Below are positions 10,359 through 19,501 of a stretch of DNA of 50,048 nucleotides, piece by piece (positions within the stretch are counted from its first letter, which is position 1; each line of letters opens with the position of its first letter). The DNA is from an uncultured Nitrospirota bacterium (GTDB lineage: Bacteria; Nitrospirota; Thermodesulfovibrionia; Thermodesulfovibrionales; CALJEL01). The position numbers and the translations under genes are program-made. Below the pieces are notes generated by a model. That model searched no databases and had not been told where the DNA came from. It was given only the letters and a program-made list of their open reading frames with translations. The DNA is taken from the NCBI GenBank assembly GCA_947085365.1, contig CAMTWD010000009.1, forward strand, positions 1 to 50,048, given 5' to 3'.

Positions 10359-11366
10359 ATGAAGAAAAGAAAGATCGTCATAGGAACCCGTGGATCAAAA
10401 CTTGCCCTCTGGCAGGCTGAACTCGTAAGGTCAGAGATATTGAAACATTCACCTGAACTCGAGATAGAACTGAAAAGGATAAAGACCACAGGTGACAAGA
10501 TCCTTGATGTCCCCCTTGCAAAGGTGGGGGGTAAAGGTCTCTTTGTGAAGGAGATAGAAGAGGCACTTTTAAGAAGAGAGATTGATCTTGCTGTCCACAG
10601 CATGAAGGATGTTCCAACCATTATACCTGATGGTCTACGGATTGGTGCAATCCTGCCCAGGGAAGATCCCAGGGATGCCTTTATAATCGGAAAGAGATAT
10701 TCTGAAACTATAAAGGCCTTTAAAGACCTTCCAGAAGGTGCTGTAATAGGCACGAGCAGTCTCAGAAGGGCGTGCCAGCTCAGGAGCCTTAGACCGGATA
10801 TCAAGATTCTCCAGTTGAGAGGAAATCTTGATACAAGATTCAGAAAACTCGATGAAGGTCAGTTTGATGGAATGATCCTCGCCGTAGCAGGGGTGAAAAG
10901 ACTTGGCTGGGAGGATAGGATAACAGAGGTCCTTTCTTTTGAAATAAGCCTTCCTGCAATTGGTCAGGGAGCAATAGGAGTAGAATGCAGGATAGACGAT
11001 CCCTATATAAATTCCCTTATAGCCCCTCTAAATGATCAGGAGACCTTTATTACCGTAATGGCCGAGAGGGCCTTTTTAAAGAGGCTTGAAGGTGGCTGTC
11101 AGGTTCCAATCGCTGCCCATGCCAGATTGCAGAGGTTAGACGGAAGATTTCGCCTTATAATGGATGGGCTTGTGGGTTCTGTATCAGGAGAGAGGGTAAT
11201 TCGAGGACATATTGAGATAGATATGGAGCCTTGGAGTGGGGACCTTCCAGATGACAAAATAACAGTGGCAGAAAAGGCAGGGAGGGAACTTGCTGAGGAC
11301 CTTCTTGATAAGGGGGCACGGGAGATCCTTGAAGAGATCTACAGGACCGGGGCAGGATCTCTATGA
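10359..11366 (+). CDS. hemC: Hydroxymethylbilane synthase (porphobilinogen deaminase)
   Basis: IGTRGSKLALWQA, KTTGDK, GKGLFVKEIE, HSMKDVP, C-terminal cofactor-Cys region EGGCQVPI. The ATG at 10359 follows AAAGGAG. An alternative ATG at 10344 exists. Confidence 0.92.
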   Translation: MKKRKIVIGTRGSKLALWQAELVRSEILKHSPELEIELKRIKTTGDKILDVPLAKVGGKGLFVKEIEEALLRREIDLAVHSMKDVPTIIPDGLRIGAILPREDPRDAFIIGKRYSETIKAFKDLPEGAVIGTSSLRRACQLRSLRPDIKILQLRGNLDTRFRKLDEGQFDGMILAVAGVKRLGWEDRITEVLSFEISLPAIGQGAIGVECRIDDPYINSLIAPLNDQETFITVMAERAFLKRLEGGCQVPIAAHARLQRLDGRFRLIMDGLVGSVSGERVIRGHIEIDMEPWSGDLPDDKITVAEKAGRELAEDLLDKGAREILEEIYRTGAGSL

Positions 11367-12889
11367 AGGGAATGGTATATATAGTTGGAGCAGGACCTGG
11401 GGACATCGGGCTTCTTACAGTGAAGGGTCTCAGGTCTCTTCAGAGGGCAGATGTGGTTGTTTATGACTTCCACATAAATGCCCAGATACTGAATTATATT
11501 AAACATGATGCAGAATTCATCTATGCTGGTAAGAGGGGTGGCCATCATGAACTCTCACAGGAGGAGATCAATCGTATCCTTATTGAGAAGGCAAAAGAAG
11601 GCAAGGTTGTCTGCAGGCTCAAGGGTGGTGACCCCTTTGTATTCGGAAGGGGTGCTGAAGAGGCAGAGGTACTTGCCAGAGAGGGAATACCCTTTGAGAT
11701 TATTCCTGGTATAAGTTCAGCAATTGCAGTGCCTGCCTATGCAGGTATACCCCTCACCCATAGAAACTACTCCTCTCTATTCACAGTTATTACGGGTAAT
11801 GAGGATGCCACAAAACCAGAAAGCACTATAAACTGGAAGGCCCTTGCAGAACTGGATGGGACCCTTGTCTTTTTGATGGCTGTAAGGAATCTCGAGGCAA
11901 TTACTGAAAGATTAATTATAAATGGAAAAGACCCCGATACACCAGCAGCACTTATAAGGTGGGGAACCAGGGCAGACCAGATAACCTTTACAGGAACCCT
12001 CAGGAATATTCCCGAGATTGTGAGACTAAATGATGTAAAACCACCTGCTATATTTATTGTGGGCAGGGTCGTGGAATTAAGGAGGTTCCTTCAGTGGTAT
12101 GAGAAGAAGCCCCTCTTCGGTCACAGGATATTGATTACAGGGAAGGTCTCCTCTGAATATGAAAGGCTTGAACTCCTCGGTGCAGAACTCATAGAATTCC
12201 CCACTATCGAGATCGTTCCGCCAGAGGACTGGGGCGACCTTGATAAAGCGATAGATGGAATCGAGACCTATAACTGGATTGTCTTTACAAGTGTTAATGG
12301 AGTCAATTATTTTATGGAAAGGCTTCTCCAGAAAGGTAGGGATGTAAGGGCACTTAATGGATTAAAGATATGTGCTGTCGGTAGTTCCACAGCCTCAGAG
12401 TTAAGACGATATGGGATTCTGGTAGATCTTGTGCCTGAAGAATTCAGGGCAGAGGGTCTTGTCTCTGCCTTCAAGGATTTATATAAAGGTAGTTTAAAGG
12501 GAGTGAGGATCCTCCTTCCGAGGGCAGAAAATGCCAGGGAGGTCTTTCCTGAAGAGATTAGGGCCCTTGGAGGAGAGATAGATACACCAGTGGCCTACAG
12601 GTCTCAGAAACCTGAGACCCATGCAAAGAGGATCAGGAGATTCTTAAAAGAGGGAAGGATAACAGTAGCGGTCTTTACAAGTGGTGCAGGTTTTAAAAAC
12701 TTCATTGAGCTCATTGGTGGCATTGAATTCTTAAGGGATATAAGGATTGCCGCTATAGGTCCTGTAACAAAGAAGGCAATAGAAAGGTATGGCCTTTCTG
12801 TCTCCATAATGCCTCAAAGGGCAACAATTGAAGACTTGGTGGAAGAGATAATTAAAGGCCTCTTTTCTTTTTCTTCAGCCTACGCTTAG
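11363..12889 (+). CDS. cobA: Bifunctional uroporphyrinogen-III C-methyltransferase / uroporphyrinogen-III synthase
   Basis: N-terminal SUMT domain (VGAGPGDIGLLT, LKGGDPFVFGRG) and C-terminal HemD domain. The last residues (GLFSFSSAYA) are encoded by a truncated family-C hairpin element. Confidence 0.9.
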   Translation: MKGMVYIVGAGPGDIGLLTVKGLRSLQRADVVVYDFHINAQILNYIKHDAEFIYAGKRGGHHELSQEEINRILIEKAKEGKVVCRLKGGDPFVFGRGAEEAEVLAREGIPFEIIPGISSAIAVPAYAGIPLTHRNYSSLFTVITGNEDATKPESTINWKALAELDGTLVFLMAVRNLEAITERLIINGKDPDTPAALIRWGTRADQITFTGTLRNIPEIVRLNDVKPPAIFIVGRVVELRRFLQWYEKKPLFGHRILITGKVSSEYERLELLGAELIEFPTIEIVPPEDWGDLDKAIDGIETYNWIVFTSVNGVNYFMERLLQKGRDVRALNGLKICAVGSSTASELRRYGILVDLVPEEFRAEGLVSAFKDLYKGSLKGVRILLPRAENAREVFPEEIRALGGEIDTPVAYRSQKPETHAKRIRRFLKEGRITVAVFTSGAGFKNFIELIGGIEFLRDIRIAAIGPVTKKAIERYGLSVSIMPQRATIEDLVEEIIKGLFSFSSAYA

Positions 12890-12925
12890 TTTGGTGGCGA
12901 AAGTAACAGTTGGCGAGGTTAAGGG
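12861..12925 (+). repeat. Truncated right half of a family-C element plus two family-A copies at the cobA/hemD 3' end
   Basis: tcttttctttttcttcagcc...ttggtggcgaaagtaacagt tggcgaggttaaggg. Supplies the last codons and the stop region of cobA/hemD, and abuts the convergent regulator's stop. Confidence 0.7.
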
Positions 12926-14358
12926 TTAAAGGTGTTTTCCGTGCTATAAGGACTGAGCCTGATCCCAAGCTGCTTTAACTTTCTATAAAGGGCTGTTCTT
13001 TCAAGACCTATTGCCTCAGCCGTTTTTGAGATATTCCAGTTGTTTTCCTGGAGCCTTTTGATAATAAAGTCCCTTTCAAGGGCATCTCTGGCCTCTTTAA
13101 GGGTCTTAAATTCAAGATAGGATTGATGTTGGTGGCGAAAGTAACAGTTGAAGAGACTCGATTCCTGGCATAGTGGCGAGGTAACAGTTGGTGGTGAGGT
13201 AACAGTAAAGAGACCTGTTTTGAGGTCAGAGGCTGTAATCACCCCCTTTTGGCACATTATTACAAGCCTCTCTACAAGATTCCTCAATTCCCTTACATTT
13301 CCAGGCCAGTCGTAGGTGGATAAAGACTTAAGGGCATCCTCTGATATAGCCTTTGGGGTCTTTCCATATTCAGCAGCTATAAGCTCAAGGAAGTGCCTTA
13401 CAAGTAAAGGTATATCCTCCTTCCTTTCCCTGAGTGGAGGGACCCTCAGTGGTATGACATTTAGTCTATAGAATAGATCCTCCCTAAAGTTTCCCTTTCT
13501 CACCTCCTCTTGGAGGTCTTTATTCGTAGCAGCTATAATCCTTACATCCACCTTTATATTCTTGCTTCCACCAACCCTCTGAAACTCCCTTGTCTCTATG
13601 GCCCTCAGAACCTTTGCCTGGGCATCCATGGACATATCACCAACCTCATCAAGGAAGAGTGTTCCTCCATCAGCAAGTTCAAATTTCCCCTTTTTCCTCT
13701 CGACGGCTCCAGTAAAGGCCCCTTTTTCGTGGCCAAACAATTCACTCTCTATAAGCTCCTTTGGAATGGCAGCACAGTTGACCTCCACAAAGGGCCCACT
13801 CCGTCTTGGACTCCTTTCATGGATCAGCCTTGCCACGAGCTCCTTTCCTGAGCCACTTTCACCAGTTATGAGGACTATACTGTTGGATGAAGCCACAAGG
13901 TCTATCTTGGACCTGAGCTCTCTTATAGCTGGAGATTCTCCAATGAGTTTATACCTCTTTGTGGCATCCTCTTTAAGGGACTTAAGGGCCCCTTCAAGAT
14001 TTGCCATCTCAATTGCCCTTTTGACAGTTATTAAGACCCTTTCAAGAGATAGGGGCTTTTCAAGAAAGTCGTAGGCACCCAGTTTTGATGCCTTTACTGC
14101 CAGCTCTATTGTTCCGTGGCCTGATATCATGATCACCGGGACCTCCGGCCTTCTATCCCTCATTATCCTCAGTGCCTCTATCCCATCCATCTTTGGAAGC
14201 CATATATCAAGAAGCACAAGGTCAGCAGAATCAAGGTGTTCTAAACCTTCTTCAGCATCCTCTGCTGTTATTACCTCGTATCCTTCGTCCTCAAGGATTC
14301 CCTTGAGGCTCTCCCTTATACCCTCCTCGTCATCTATAACAAGTATGAGATAAGACAT
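12919..14358 (-). CDS. Sigma-54-dependent response regulator (NtrX/AtoC type)
   Basis: Receiver (ILVIDDEEG, LLDIWLPKMDG), AAA+ domain (GESGSGKE, ESELFGHEKGAFTGA) and C-terminal HTH (ISKTAEAIGLERTALYRKLK). Three family-A copies sit in the AAA+/HTH linker. Confidence 0.9.
   Translation of the reverse strand: MSYLILVIDDEEGIRESLKGILEDEGYEVITAEDAEEGLEHLDSADLVLLDIWLPKMDGIEALRIMRDRRPEVPVIMISGHGTIELAVKASKLGAYDFLEKPLSLERVLITVKRAIEMANLEGALKSLKEDATKRYKLIGESPAIRELRSKIDLVASSNSIVLITGESGSGKELVARLIHERSPRRSGPFVEVNCAAIPKELIESELFGHEKGAFTGAVERKKGKFELADGGTLFLDEVGDMSMDAQAKVLRAIETREFQRVGGSKNIKVDVRIIAATNKDLQEEVRKGNFREDLFYRLNVIPLRVPPLRERKEDIPLLVRHFLELIAAEYGKTPKAISEDALKSLSTYDWPGNVRELRNLVERLVIMCQKGVITASDLKTGLFTVTSPPTVTSPLCQESSLFNCYFRHQHQSYLEFKTLKEARDALERDFIIKRLQENNWNISKTAEAIGLERTALYRKLKQLGIRLSPYSTENTFNP
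13129..13206 (+). repeat. Three family-A copies (antisense to the gene) in the linker of the NtrX-like regulator
   Basis: ttggtggcgaaagtaacagt ... atagtggcgaggtaacagt tggtggtgaggtaacagt. The gene strand reads TVTSPPTVTSPL...CYFRHQ. Confidence 0.9.
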
Positions 14359-14382
14359 CCTTCTCCTTAGCTCAATTAATTG

Positions 14383-16548
14383 TTACCTTTCTGGCAACTC
14401 AATAACAAATATGGCCCCTCTGGGGGTGTTATCCTTTACCTTTATAAAACCCCTGTGCTCTGTTACAATCCTCTGGGCAATGGCAAGACCCAGCCCAGAA
14501 CCACCTTTTTTTGTTGTGAAATGGGGCATGAATAACTTATCTTTTATTTCGTCAGGTATACCCGGACCATCATCAGCTATAGAGACGATTATCTTTTCGC
14601 CATTAAGTTGGGAGAGGGATATGTATATATTTCCTCTGGCCTCATTGCTGTGGGTGGCGAAAGTAACAGTTTCGGTGGCGAAGGTGATTGCCTCAATAGA
14701 ATTATCCATAATATTTATGAAAACCCTCTTGATCTGCTCAGGGTCCACCTCTGCCACCACCGCCTCGTCAGGAAGACTGAGATGAATGTTTATCTCTTTG
14801 AAACCCATGTAAAGATTATATACATCCCTAAGGATATCCCGCATATCCACAGGCCTCTTTTTTATCTGGGGCATCCTGCCAAATTGCGAAAAGTCCGAAA
14901 CGAGTCTTCTTAAACTCTCCACCTCTTTTATTATTGTTTTAGTGGAACTTTCAAAGACCTCATCAAAATCACTTTCTTTATTCTGCCATTTCTTTATAAG
15001 CCTCTCTGTAGAGAGTTTTATAGGGGTAAGGGGATTTTTCACCTCGTGGGCAATCCTTGAGGCAATCTCCTGCCATGCCATTGCCCTCTGGGCATTCACG
15101 AGGTCAGTAATATCATCAAAGACTACCAGCAATCCAATAATAGAGGAACCAGTTTCCTCCCTCCTCAAGGCTGTTATAAACACCCTGAGTATAAGAGATC
15201 TCTCTTTAATATTAATCCTTATCTCTTTCTCAATCCCTCTCAATTCCTTAATCCTTATCCCTTTTATAAGGTTTTCCAGTTCTTCAGATCCAATCGATTC
15301 AAGAAGTTCCCTGTAGGATCTACCCACAAACCCTGCGGCATCTACAGAAAGGATCCTTTCTGCAGCCCTATTCATGGAGAGGATCGTGCCTGAGCCATCA
15401 ATAAAGAGTACGCCTGTATTGATGTTCTCAAGGATACTTGAGAGTCTTATCCTCTGTGCCTCGGCCTCCATATAGGATTCCTGCAGGCGCTTCTTGCCTT
15501 CTCTTAATTGGCCAACCATCGTATTAAAATTCTCGATAAGATAACCAATCTCATCATTCCTGTTCTCCTCAGGAATTATCCTTACATCAAGGTTTCCTGA
15601 GGCTACCTTCATTGTTGCCTCTGTCAATTCCCTCACCGGTTCTGTAATCTTCTTTGAAATCCTCAGGGCTGCCCAGAGTGCAAGCATTATAATAAGGAGG
15701 GTAAAAAAGCCAAAGGTCATAACAAAATTTACTCTAAGAGGGAATTTCCACTTAAGTTTTAAGGAAAGCTCTTCATAATCCTTTTTGAGATTTTCAACTA
15801 TTAGTGGAATATCCTCTTGAACCTTTAAAGAACCCTTGAGAATATATACAGGGCCATCACTATTTGGTGGCGAATGTAACAGTTGAGGATTCTTAACCCT
15901 TACGGCAGCCCTTATATATTCTCCCTCTGGAGACTTAAATACATCTGATGCCTCACCCTTTAAGAAGGCCTCCTTTGTAAGTTCATCTGTATTGGTGGCG
16001 GATGAAGCAGTTGTGAGATCAAGGATTTCCCATTTGATATCTTCTTTACCCTCCTCACCTGTTACTTCTGCCACTGACATGATACCCTTAGAAGTAGAAA
16101 GGTATCGAGCCCTCCTTTTTGCCTCAGAAAGGAGATACTCCTTCTTCTCTTCATAATATATCTTTGCCAGCCTTAAGGTATTCTCAAGGGAGCTCAGGCT
16201 TTGAGGTGTTAGCCATTTTTCAATATAACCTGTTACAAGGCCACTTCCCAGGGCAAAGAGAAATATACTTGGTAAAAGGATAAGGATCAGAAAGATACTG
16301 ACAAGCTGTATCCTGAACTTATGACCTGGTACATTCCTTTTTCTATCAATAAAAAGCCTCAGGATATTCTTACCCACATAAAATAGGAGGATCAGAAGGG
16401 CAAGGAGATTGAGATTTATTCCTAAGAGAAAGAGCATTGCATAAAGGGGTTCATTACCGAGTTTAATGAATCTCGTAAAAAGAAATATATTGACCCCCAC
16501 AAATATGGCAAGAAGAGGCAGTATCAGTAGAAGTTTATAGAACCTCAT
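14383..16548 (-). CDS. NtrY-like membrane sensor histidine kinase (HAMP-PAS-HisKA-HATPase)
   Basis: N-terminal TM helices, HAMP-like segment, PAS, H-box RIAHEVKNPLTPI, N-box NIMDNSIEA, G-boxes DDGPGIP and GGSGLGLAIA. Contains four motif-derived inserts. Confidence 0.9.
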   Translation of the reverse strand: MRFYKLLLILPLLAIFVGVNIFLFTRFIKLGNEPLYAMLFLLGINLNLLALLILLFYVGKNILRLFIDRKRNVPGHKFRIQLVSIFLILILLPSIFLFALGSGLVTGYIEKWLTPQSLSSLENTLRLAKIYYEEKKEYLLSEAKRRARYLSTSKGIMSVAEVTGEEGKEDIKWEILDLTTASSATNTDELTKEAFLKGEASDVFKSPEGEYIRAAVRVKNPQLLHSPPNSDGPVYILKGSLKVQEDIPLIVENLKKDYEELSLKLKWKFPLRVNFVMTFGFFTLLIIMLALWAALRISKKITEPVRELTEATMKVASGNLDVRIIPEENRNDEIGYLIENFNTMVGQLREGKKRLQESYMEAEAQRIRLSSILENINTGVLFIDGSGTILSMNRAAERILSVDAAGFVGRSYRELLESIGSEELENLIKGIRIKELRGIEKEIRINIKERSLILRVFITALRREETGSSIIGLLVVFDDITDLVNAQRAMAWQEIASRIAHEVKNPLTPIKLSTERLIKKWQNKESDFDEVFESSTKTIIKEVESLRRLVSDFSQFGRMPQIKKRPVDMRDILRDVYNLYMGFKEINIHLSLPDEAVVAEVDPEQIKRVFINIMDNSIEAITFATETVTFATHSNEARGNIYISLSQLNGEKIIVSIADDGPGIPDEIKDKLFMPHFTTKKGGSGLGLAIAQRIVTEHRGFIKVKDNTPRGAIFVIELPER
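14650..14690 (+). repeat. Two family-A copies inside the HATPase domain of the NtrY-like kinase
   Basis: gtgggtggcgaaagtaacagt ttcggtggcgaaggtgattg. The gene strand reads ITFATETVTFATH, directly after the N-box. Confidence 0.8.
15863..15883 (+). repeat. Family-A copy in the NtrY-like sensor region
   Basis: tttggtggcgaatgtaacagt. Confidence 0.75.
15991..16011 (+). repeat. Family-A copy, degenerate, in the NtrY-like sensor region
   Basis: attggtggcggatgaagcagt. Confidence 0.5.
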
Positions 16549-16563
16549 TCTTACCTCGCCACC
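16549..16563 (-). repeat. Family-A copy forming the entire 15-nt spacer between the DUF4390-like gene and the ntrY-like gene
   Basis: Minus strand reads TGA-GGTGGCGAGGTAAGA-ATG. The GAGG within the motif sits at SD distance from the ATG. Confidence 0.75.
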
Positions 16564-17202
16564 TCATTCTCCGCCTATTCTGAATACAGGGGACTCCCTC
16601 GATACAGAAAACTCCTTTTCAGGGACAAAAAACAGAAGATACCCCACCACAGGAGGAAGCCTCCTGAGCCTTGACTCCACAGTGACTTTTATATAATAAT
16701 CCCCTGGGGCAAGCCCCTTGATATTTAAGAGGGGGAGGGACTTTATCTCCCTCATCTCCTTTAGCATGGATTCAAAACTCTTATACCTTTTTTCAATAAT
16801 ACGCCTTCTGTTTCTATCGTAGGAATGGAGGATGTATTCACCTTTAATAACATCTCCTACTATCTTTCTTTCAATAGAATTTCCAAATACATACTCATCA
16901 GCCCAATTCCTCCAGACCTTGAAGAGGTCTATATAAAAGATGAGCTCCTTCTGAACACCGTTCTTTGCTTCCTTGACGAAAGACTCATCAAGGATTACAG
17001 AGGTAGAAACAACAAGTTCATCGCCATTAATCCTCACATCAAGAGAACCTATCTCTGCAGCAAGACCTGATCCTGTCATGTATAGAATAAAAAGGCCTGA
17101 AAGGAGTAAAATAATAGGAAGGCTCAGACTGTTACCTCGCCACTGGGCGAGGTAGAGTGGGCCTCTCTTAGGGGATTTTCCTATGCAGATGAGGAAGACC
17201 AT
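16564..17202 (-). CDS. DUF4390-like exported protein encoded upstream of the NtrY-like kinase
   Basis: N-terminal signal/TM segment, position immediately upstream of the ntrY-like gene, and size typical of DUF4390. The exact start is uncertain because the 5' region is built from motif copies. Confidence 0.5.
   Translation of the reverse strand: MVFLICIGKSPKRGPLYLAQWRGNSLSLPIILLLSGLFILYMTGSGLAAEIGSLDVRINGDELVVSTSVILDESFVKEAKNGVQKELIFYIDLFKVWRNWADEYVFGNSIERKIVGDVIKGEYILHSYDRNRRRIIEKRYKSFESMLKEMREIKSLPLLNIKGLAPGDYYIKVTVESRLRRLPPVVGYLLFFVPEKEFSVSRESPVFRIGGE
17127..17160. repeat. Inverted (REPIN-like) pair of family-A copies in the 5' part of the DUF4390-like ORF
   Basis: gactgttacctcgccactg overlapping ctgggcgaggtagagt. 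Confidence 0.8.
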
Positions 17203-17237
17203 TGTTTTTACTATTCATTATAGCATCAAAGCTTAAC

Positions 17238-17249
17238 TTAGTGGCGAGG
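17238..17249 (+). repeat. Family-A half copy supplying the SD of the adenosine-kinase-family gene
   Basis: ttagtggcgaggagggctttATG. Confidence 0.6.
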
Positions 17250-17257
17250 AGGGCTTT

Positions 17258-17743
17258 ATGGAACTTAAAACAGTCAAGATAGGTATTCCCGAGGGCTGTA
17301 ACATAATCCTCGGACAGACCCACTTTATTAAGACCGCTGAAGATCTTTATGAAGTGATTGCCACCACAGTACCGGGAGCCGAATTTGGTATAGCCTTCAC
17401 AGAGGCCTCAGGCCCCTGTCTTATAAGAACAGAGGGCAATAATGATGAGCTTATAAATGCCTGTGTGAAGATTCTTCAGGATATAGGGGCTGGTCATATA
17501 TTTTGTATCCTTTTGAGAAGGGCCTATCCAATAAATATCCTGAATCAGATAAAGGCCTGTCCGGAGGTCTGCAGGATATTCTGTGCCACTGCCAATCCCC
17601 TTGAGGTTATCGTCTGTGAGACCTCCCAGGGTAGGGGTATAATAGGTGTTATTGATGGCTTTCCACCAAAGGGAGTTGAAGGCCCTGAGGATAAGAGAAA
17701 GAGAAGGGAATTCCTAAGGAAGATAGGATATAAATTAGGCTGA
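17258..17743 (+). CDS. Adenosine-specific kinase family protein (PF04008-like)
   Basis: Family-like N-terminus (MELKTVKIGIPEGCNIILGQTHFIKT) and size. The SD is provided by GGCGAGGAGG. The TGA stop lies inside a family-C hairpin element. Confidence 0.6.
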   Translation: MELKTVKIGIPEGCNIILGQTHFIKTAEDLYEVIATTVPGAEFGIAFTEASGPCLIRTEGNNDELINACVKILQDIGAGHIFCILLRRAYPINILNQIKACPEVCRIFCATANPLEVIVCETSQGRGIIGVIDGFPPKGVEGPEDKRKRREFLRKIGYKLG

Positions 17744-17818
17744 AGGCTTAAGGCTGAAGAAAAAAGACAAAAATTATTTTTAAACTTCAGCCTATCGCCT
17801 TCAGCCTTAAGCCTAATT
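17732..17818. repeat. Family-C hairpin element, copy B, about 87 bp
   Basis: AAATTAGGCTGAAGGCTTAAGGCTGAAG - A/T loop - CTTCAGCCTATCGCCTTCAGCCTTAAGCCTAATT. Contains the TGA stop of the upstream gene. No family-A flanks. Confidence 0.8.
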
Positions 17819-17837
17819 ATTGAGGGAGGATAACCAG

Positions 17838-18242
17838 ATGAAGATAAAGAACATCACAGTGAGGAGTAAGGCGAGGACAGAGTTTATTGATATTACTGCT
17901 GAAATCCAGAAGATAATTGATGAAGCAGGCATAAAAAACGGTATATGCTATCTATTCGTGCCCCACACCACAGCAGCAATTACAATAAATGAAGGAGCTG
18001 ATCCCTCTGTTCAGCGGGACATACAGGGTATGCTCAGCAGACTTATCCCTCAGGATCTGAATTATCAACACAGGGAGGGAAATGCCGATGCCCATATAAA
18101 ATCCACAATTGTGGGAGTGGATAAGTCTGTCTTTATTGAAGACGGAAGGCTTGTCCTTGGAACATGGCAGGCTATATATTTCTGTGAATTTGATGGCCCA
18201 AGGCACAGGCGGGTTATTGTGAAGCTGATCCCCGATGACTGA
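17838..18242 (+). CDS. yjbQ: YjbQ/UPF0047 family protein (secondary thiamine-phosphate synthase-like)
   Basis: HTTAAITINEGADPSV, GNADAHIKS, LGTWQAIYFCEFDGPR. The ATG at 17838 follows GGGAGGA. Confidence 0.85.
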   Translation: MKIKNITVRSKARTEFIDITAEIQKIIDEAGIKNGICYLFVPHTTAAITINEGADPSVQRDIQGMLSRLIPQDLNYQHREGNADAHIKSTIVGVDKSVFIEDGRLVLGTWQAIYFCEFDGPRHRRVIVKLIPDD

Positions 18243-18273
18243 TTTGTGGCGGAGTAAGTTGGTGGCGAGGTAA
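18243..18273 (+). repeat. Two family-A copies downstream of yjbQ
   Basis: tttgtggcggagtaag ttggtggcgaggtaa. Confidence 0.75.
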
Positions 18274-18366
18274 ATGAGGTTGAAGGCAGTAGGCTGAAGA
18301 AAAAAACAATAATCCTGTCTTTGTCTCTTTTCTTCAGCCTTCAGCCTAAAGCCTTAAGCCTAATTT
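18272..18366. repeat. Family-C hairpin element, copy C, about 95 bp
   Basis: AAATGAGGTTGAAGGCAGTAGGCTGAAG - loop - CTTCAGCCTTCAGCCTAAAGCCTTAAGCCTAATTT. Bracketed by GGTGGCGAGGTAA and AGTGGCGAGGTAA. Confidence 0.85.
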
Positions 18367-18401
18367 AGTGGCGAGGTAACAGTGGGTGGCAAAGTAACAG
18401 T
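18364..18401 (+). repeat. Two tandem family-A copies. The second provides the GTG start of the 285-aa ORF.
   Basis: tttagtggcgaggtaacagt gggtggcaaagtaacagt. Confidence 0.9.
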
Positions 18402-19239
18402 AGAGATTGCCAGATTAAAGGAGGAGATTAAAAGACTCAGGAAGGTCTTGAGGGATATCTCCCCCAGCCTCGAGGCCCTTCTCAGAAAGAGGGGGCTCAG
18501 GATTTATAAGAAAGAACCTTCAGAAGACCTCCTTTTACCAGATCCTCATTATATTGACCAGTATTACCAGAGACTCCAGAAGTATTCCTTCAGACTCTTC
18601 CTGAGAGATGTAATAAAATACCAGAAGGGTTTTTCCCTTGAGGATGTAACAAGATATGCTACAGAAGAGGTGACGGCCCAATACATCTCCTATCTTGAGG
18701 AGATAGGGCTGATTGAGAGGTCAGGGAAGAATAGATTCTTTCTGAGAAGACCTGTCAGGAGCTTTGGTGAGACCCTTGAATGGTTTTTTGCCGAGCTCTT
18801 AAAGAGGGAATTCTTTATGGAGGCTACCTGGGGAGTAAGATTTAAAGATACTGAGAAGAGGACCTTTCAAGACATTGGTGAGATAACAGTAGGGGGAGAC
18901 TTTGATGTGATAGCAAAATTTAACGGCTCAGTACTCTATGCGGAGGTAAAATCCTCTCCCCCAAAGCAGATATACCAGGAGGAGATTAAGGCCTTTTTAA
19001 AGAGGGTAGAGCTCCTGAAACCCGAGATAAGCATATTCTTCATGGATACAGAATTGAGGATGAAGGACAAGATAGTGCCCATGTTTGAAGAGGAGATCGG
19101 AGAAGGACTCGAACGGGTTGAAAGGGAGATATTTCACAAGGATTATCACCTTTATATAATGAATTCAAAAGAGAGTATCCTCCACAACATTGAGACCATC
19201 CTTTCATGGTATCATAGGCATAAAAGGATGGCGAGGTAA
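18382..19239 (+). CDS. Hypothetical protein: coiled coil, winged-helix-like region and a PD-(D/E)xK-like C-terminal region
   Basis: Long ORF. GGDFDVIA...YAEVKSS resembles a D...ExK nuclease-fold motif. The only plausible start is a GTG inside a motif copy, and the TAA stop is inside another copy. Confidence 0.5.
   Translation: MGGKVTVEIARLKEEIKRLRKVLRDISPSLEALLRKRGLRIYKKEPSEDLLLPDPHYIDQYYQRLQKYSFRLFLRDVIKYQKGFSLEDVTRYATEEVTAQYISYLEEIGLIERSGKNRFFLRRPVRSFGETLEWFFAELLKREFFMEATWGVRFKDTEKRTFQDIGEITVGGDFDVIAKFNGSVLYAEVKSSPPKQIYQEEIKAFLKRVELLKPEISIFFMDTELRMKDKIVPMFEEEIGEGLERVEREIFHKDYHLYIMNSKESILHNIETILSWYHRHKRMAR
18874..18890 (+). repeat. Family-A copy, degenerate, in frame in the 285-aa ORF (IGEITV)
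   Basis: attggtgagataacagt. Confidence 0.55.
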
Positions 19240-19293
19240 GAATGAGGTTTGGCACTGTTGCTTCGCCACCAAGCCCAGTGGCGAGGTAACAGT
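19226..19293. repeat. Three family-A copies (forward, reverse, forward). The second and third form a REPIN-like hairpin.
   Basis: ggatggcgaggTAAg (stop of the upstream ORF); cactgttgcttcgccaccaag; ccagtggcgaggtaacagt followed by AGGAGG and the ATG at 19304. Confidence 0.85.
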
Positions 19294-19303
19294 AGGAGGC
19301 AAT

Positions 19304-19501
19304 ATGCAGAAGATAGAGGCCTGTGCCATATGTGCCTGGAGGCAGAACTGCCAGAAGAAGTTTTCTCTTTCAGGCAGGTCTCTGCATTGCCCTGAATTTG
19401 TAAGGGATATAAGCATTGAATCCCCACTCATCAGTGGCGAAGGTAACAGTGGCGAGGTAACAGTTGGGGATCATAAAAGACTTGAGGGAGAAGAAAAATG
19501 A
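19304..19501 (+). CDS. Small Cys-rich hypothetical protein (65 aa)
   Basis: The ATG is preceded by AGGAGG. Cys pattern CAICAWRQNC...CPEF. The C-terminal third is encoded by two motif copies (SGEGNSGEVTV). The stop overlaps the fba ATG (ATGA). Confidence 0.45.
   Translation: MQKIEACAICAWRQNCQKKFSLSGRSLHCPEFVRDISIESPLISGEGNSGEVTVGDHKRLEGEEK
19431..19464 (+). repeat. Two overlapping family-A copies in the small Cys-rich ORF
   Basis: tcagtggcgaaggtaacaGTggcgaggtaacagt. Confidence 0.9.

Noticed and set aside
19250-19266. TGGCAC..TTGC resembles a sigma54 -24/-12 promoter.
   Set aside because: The spacing between GG and GC is far too short (2 nt between TGGCAC and TTGC instead of about 5). The sequence is simply part of a reverse family-A copy.
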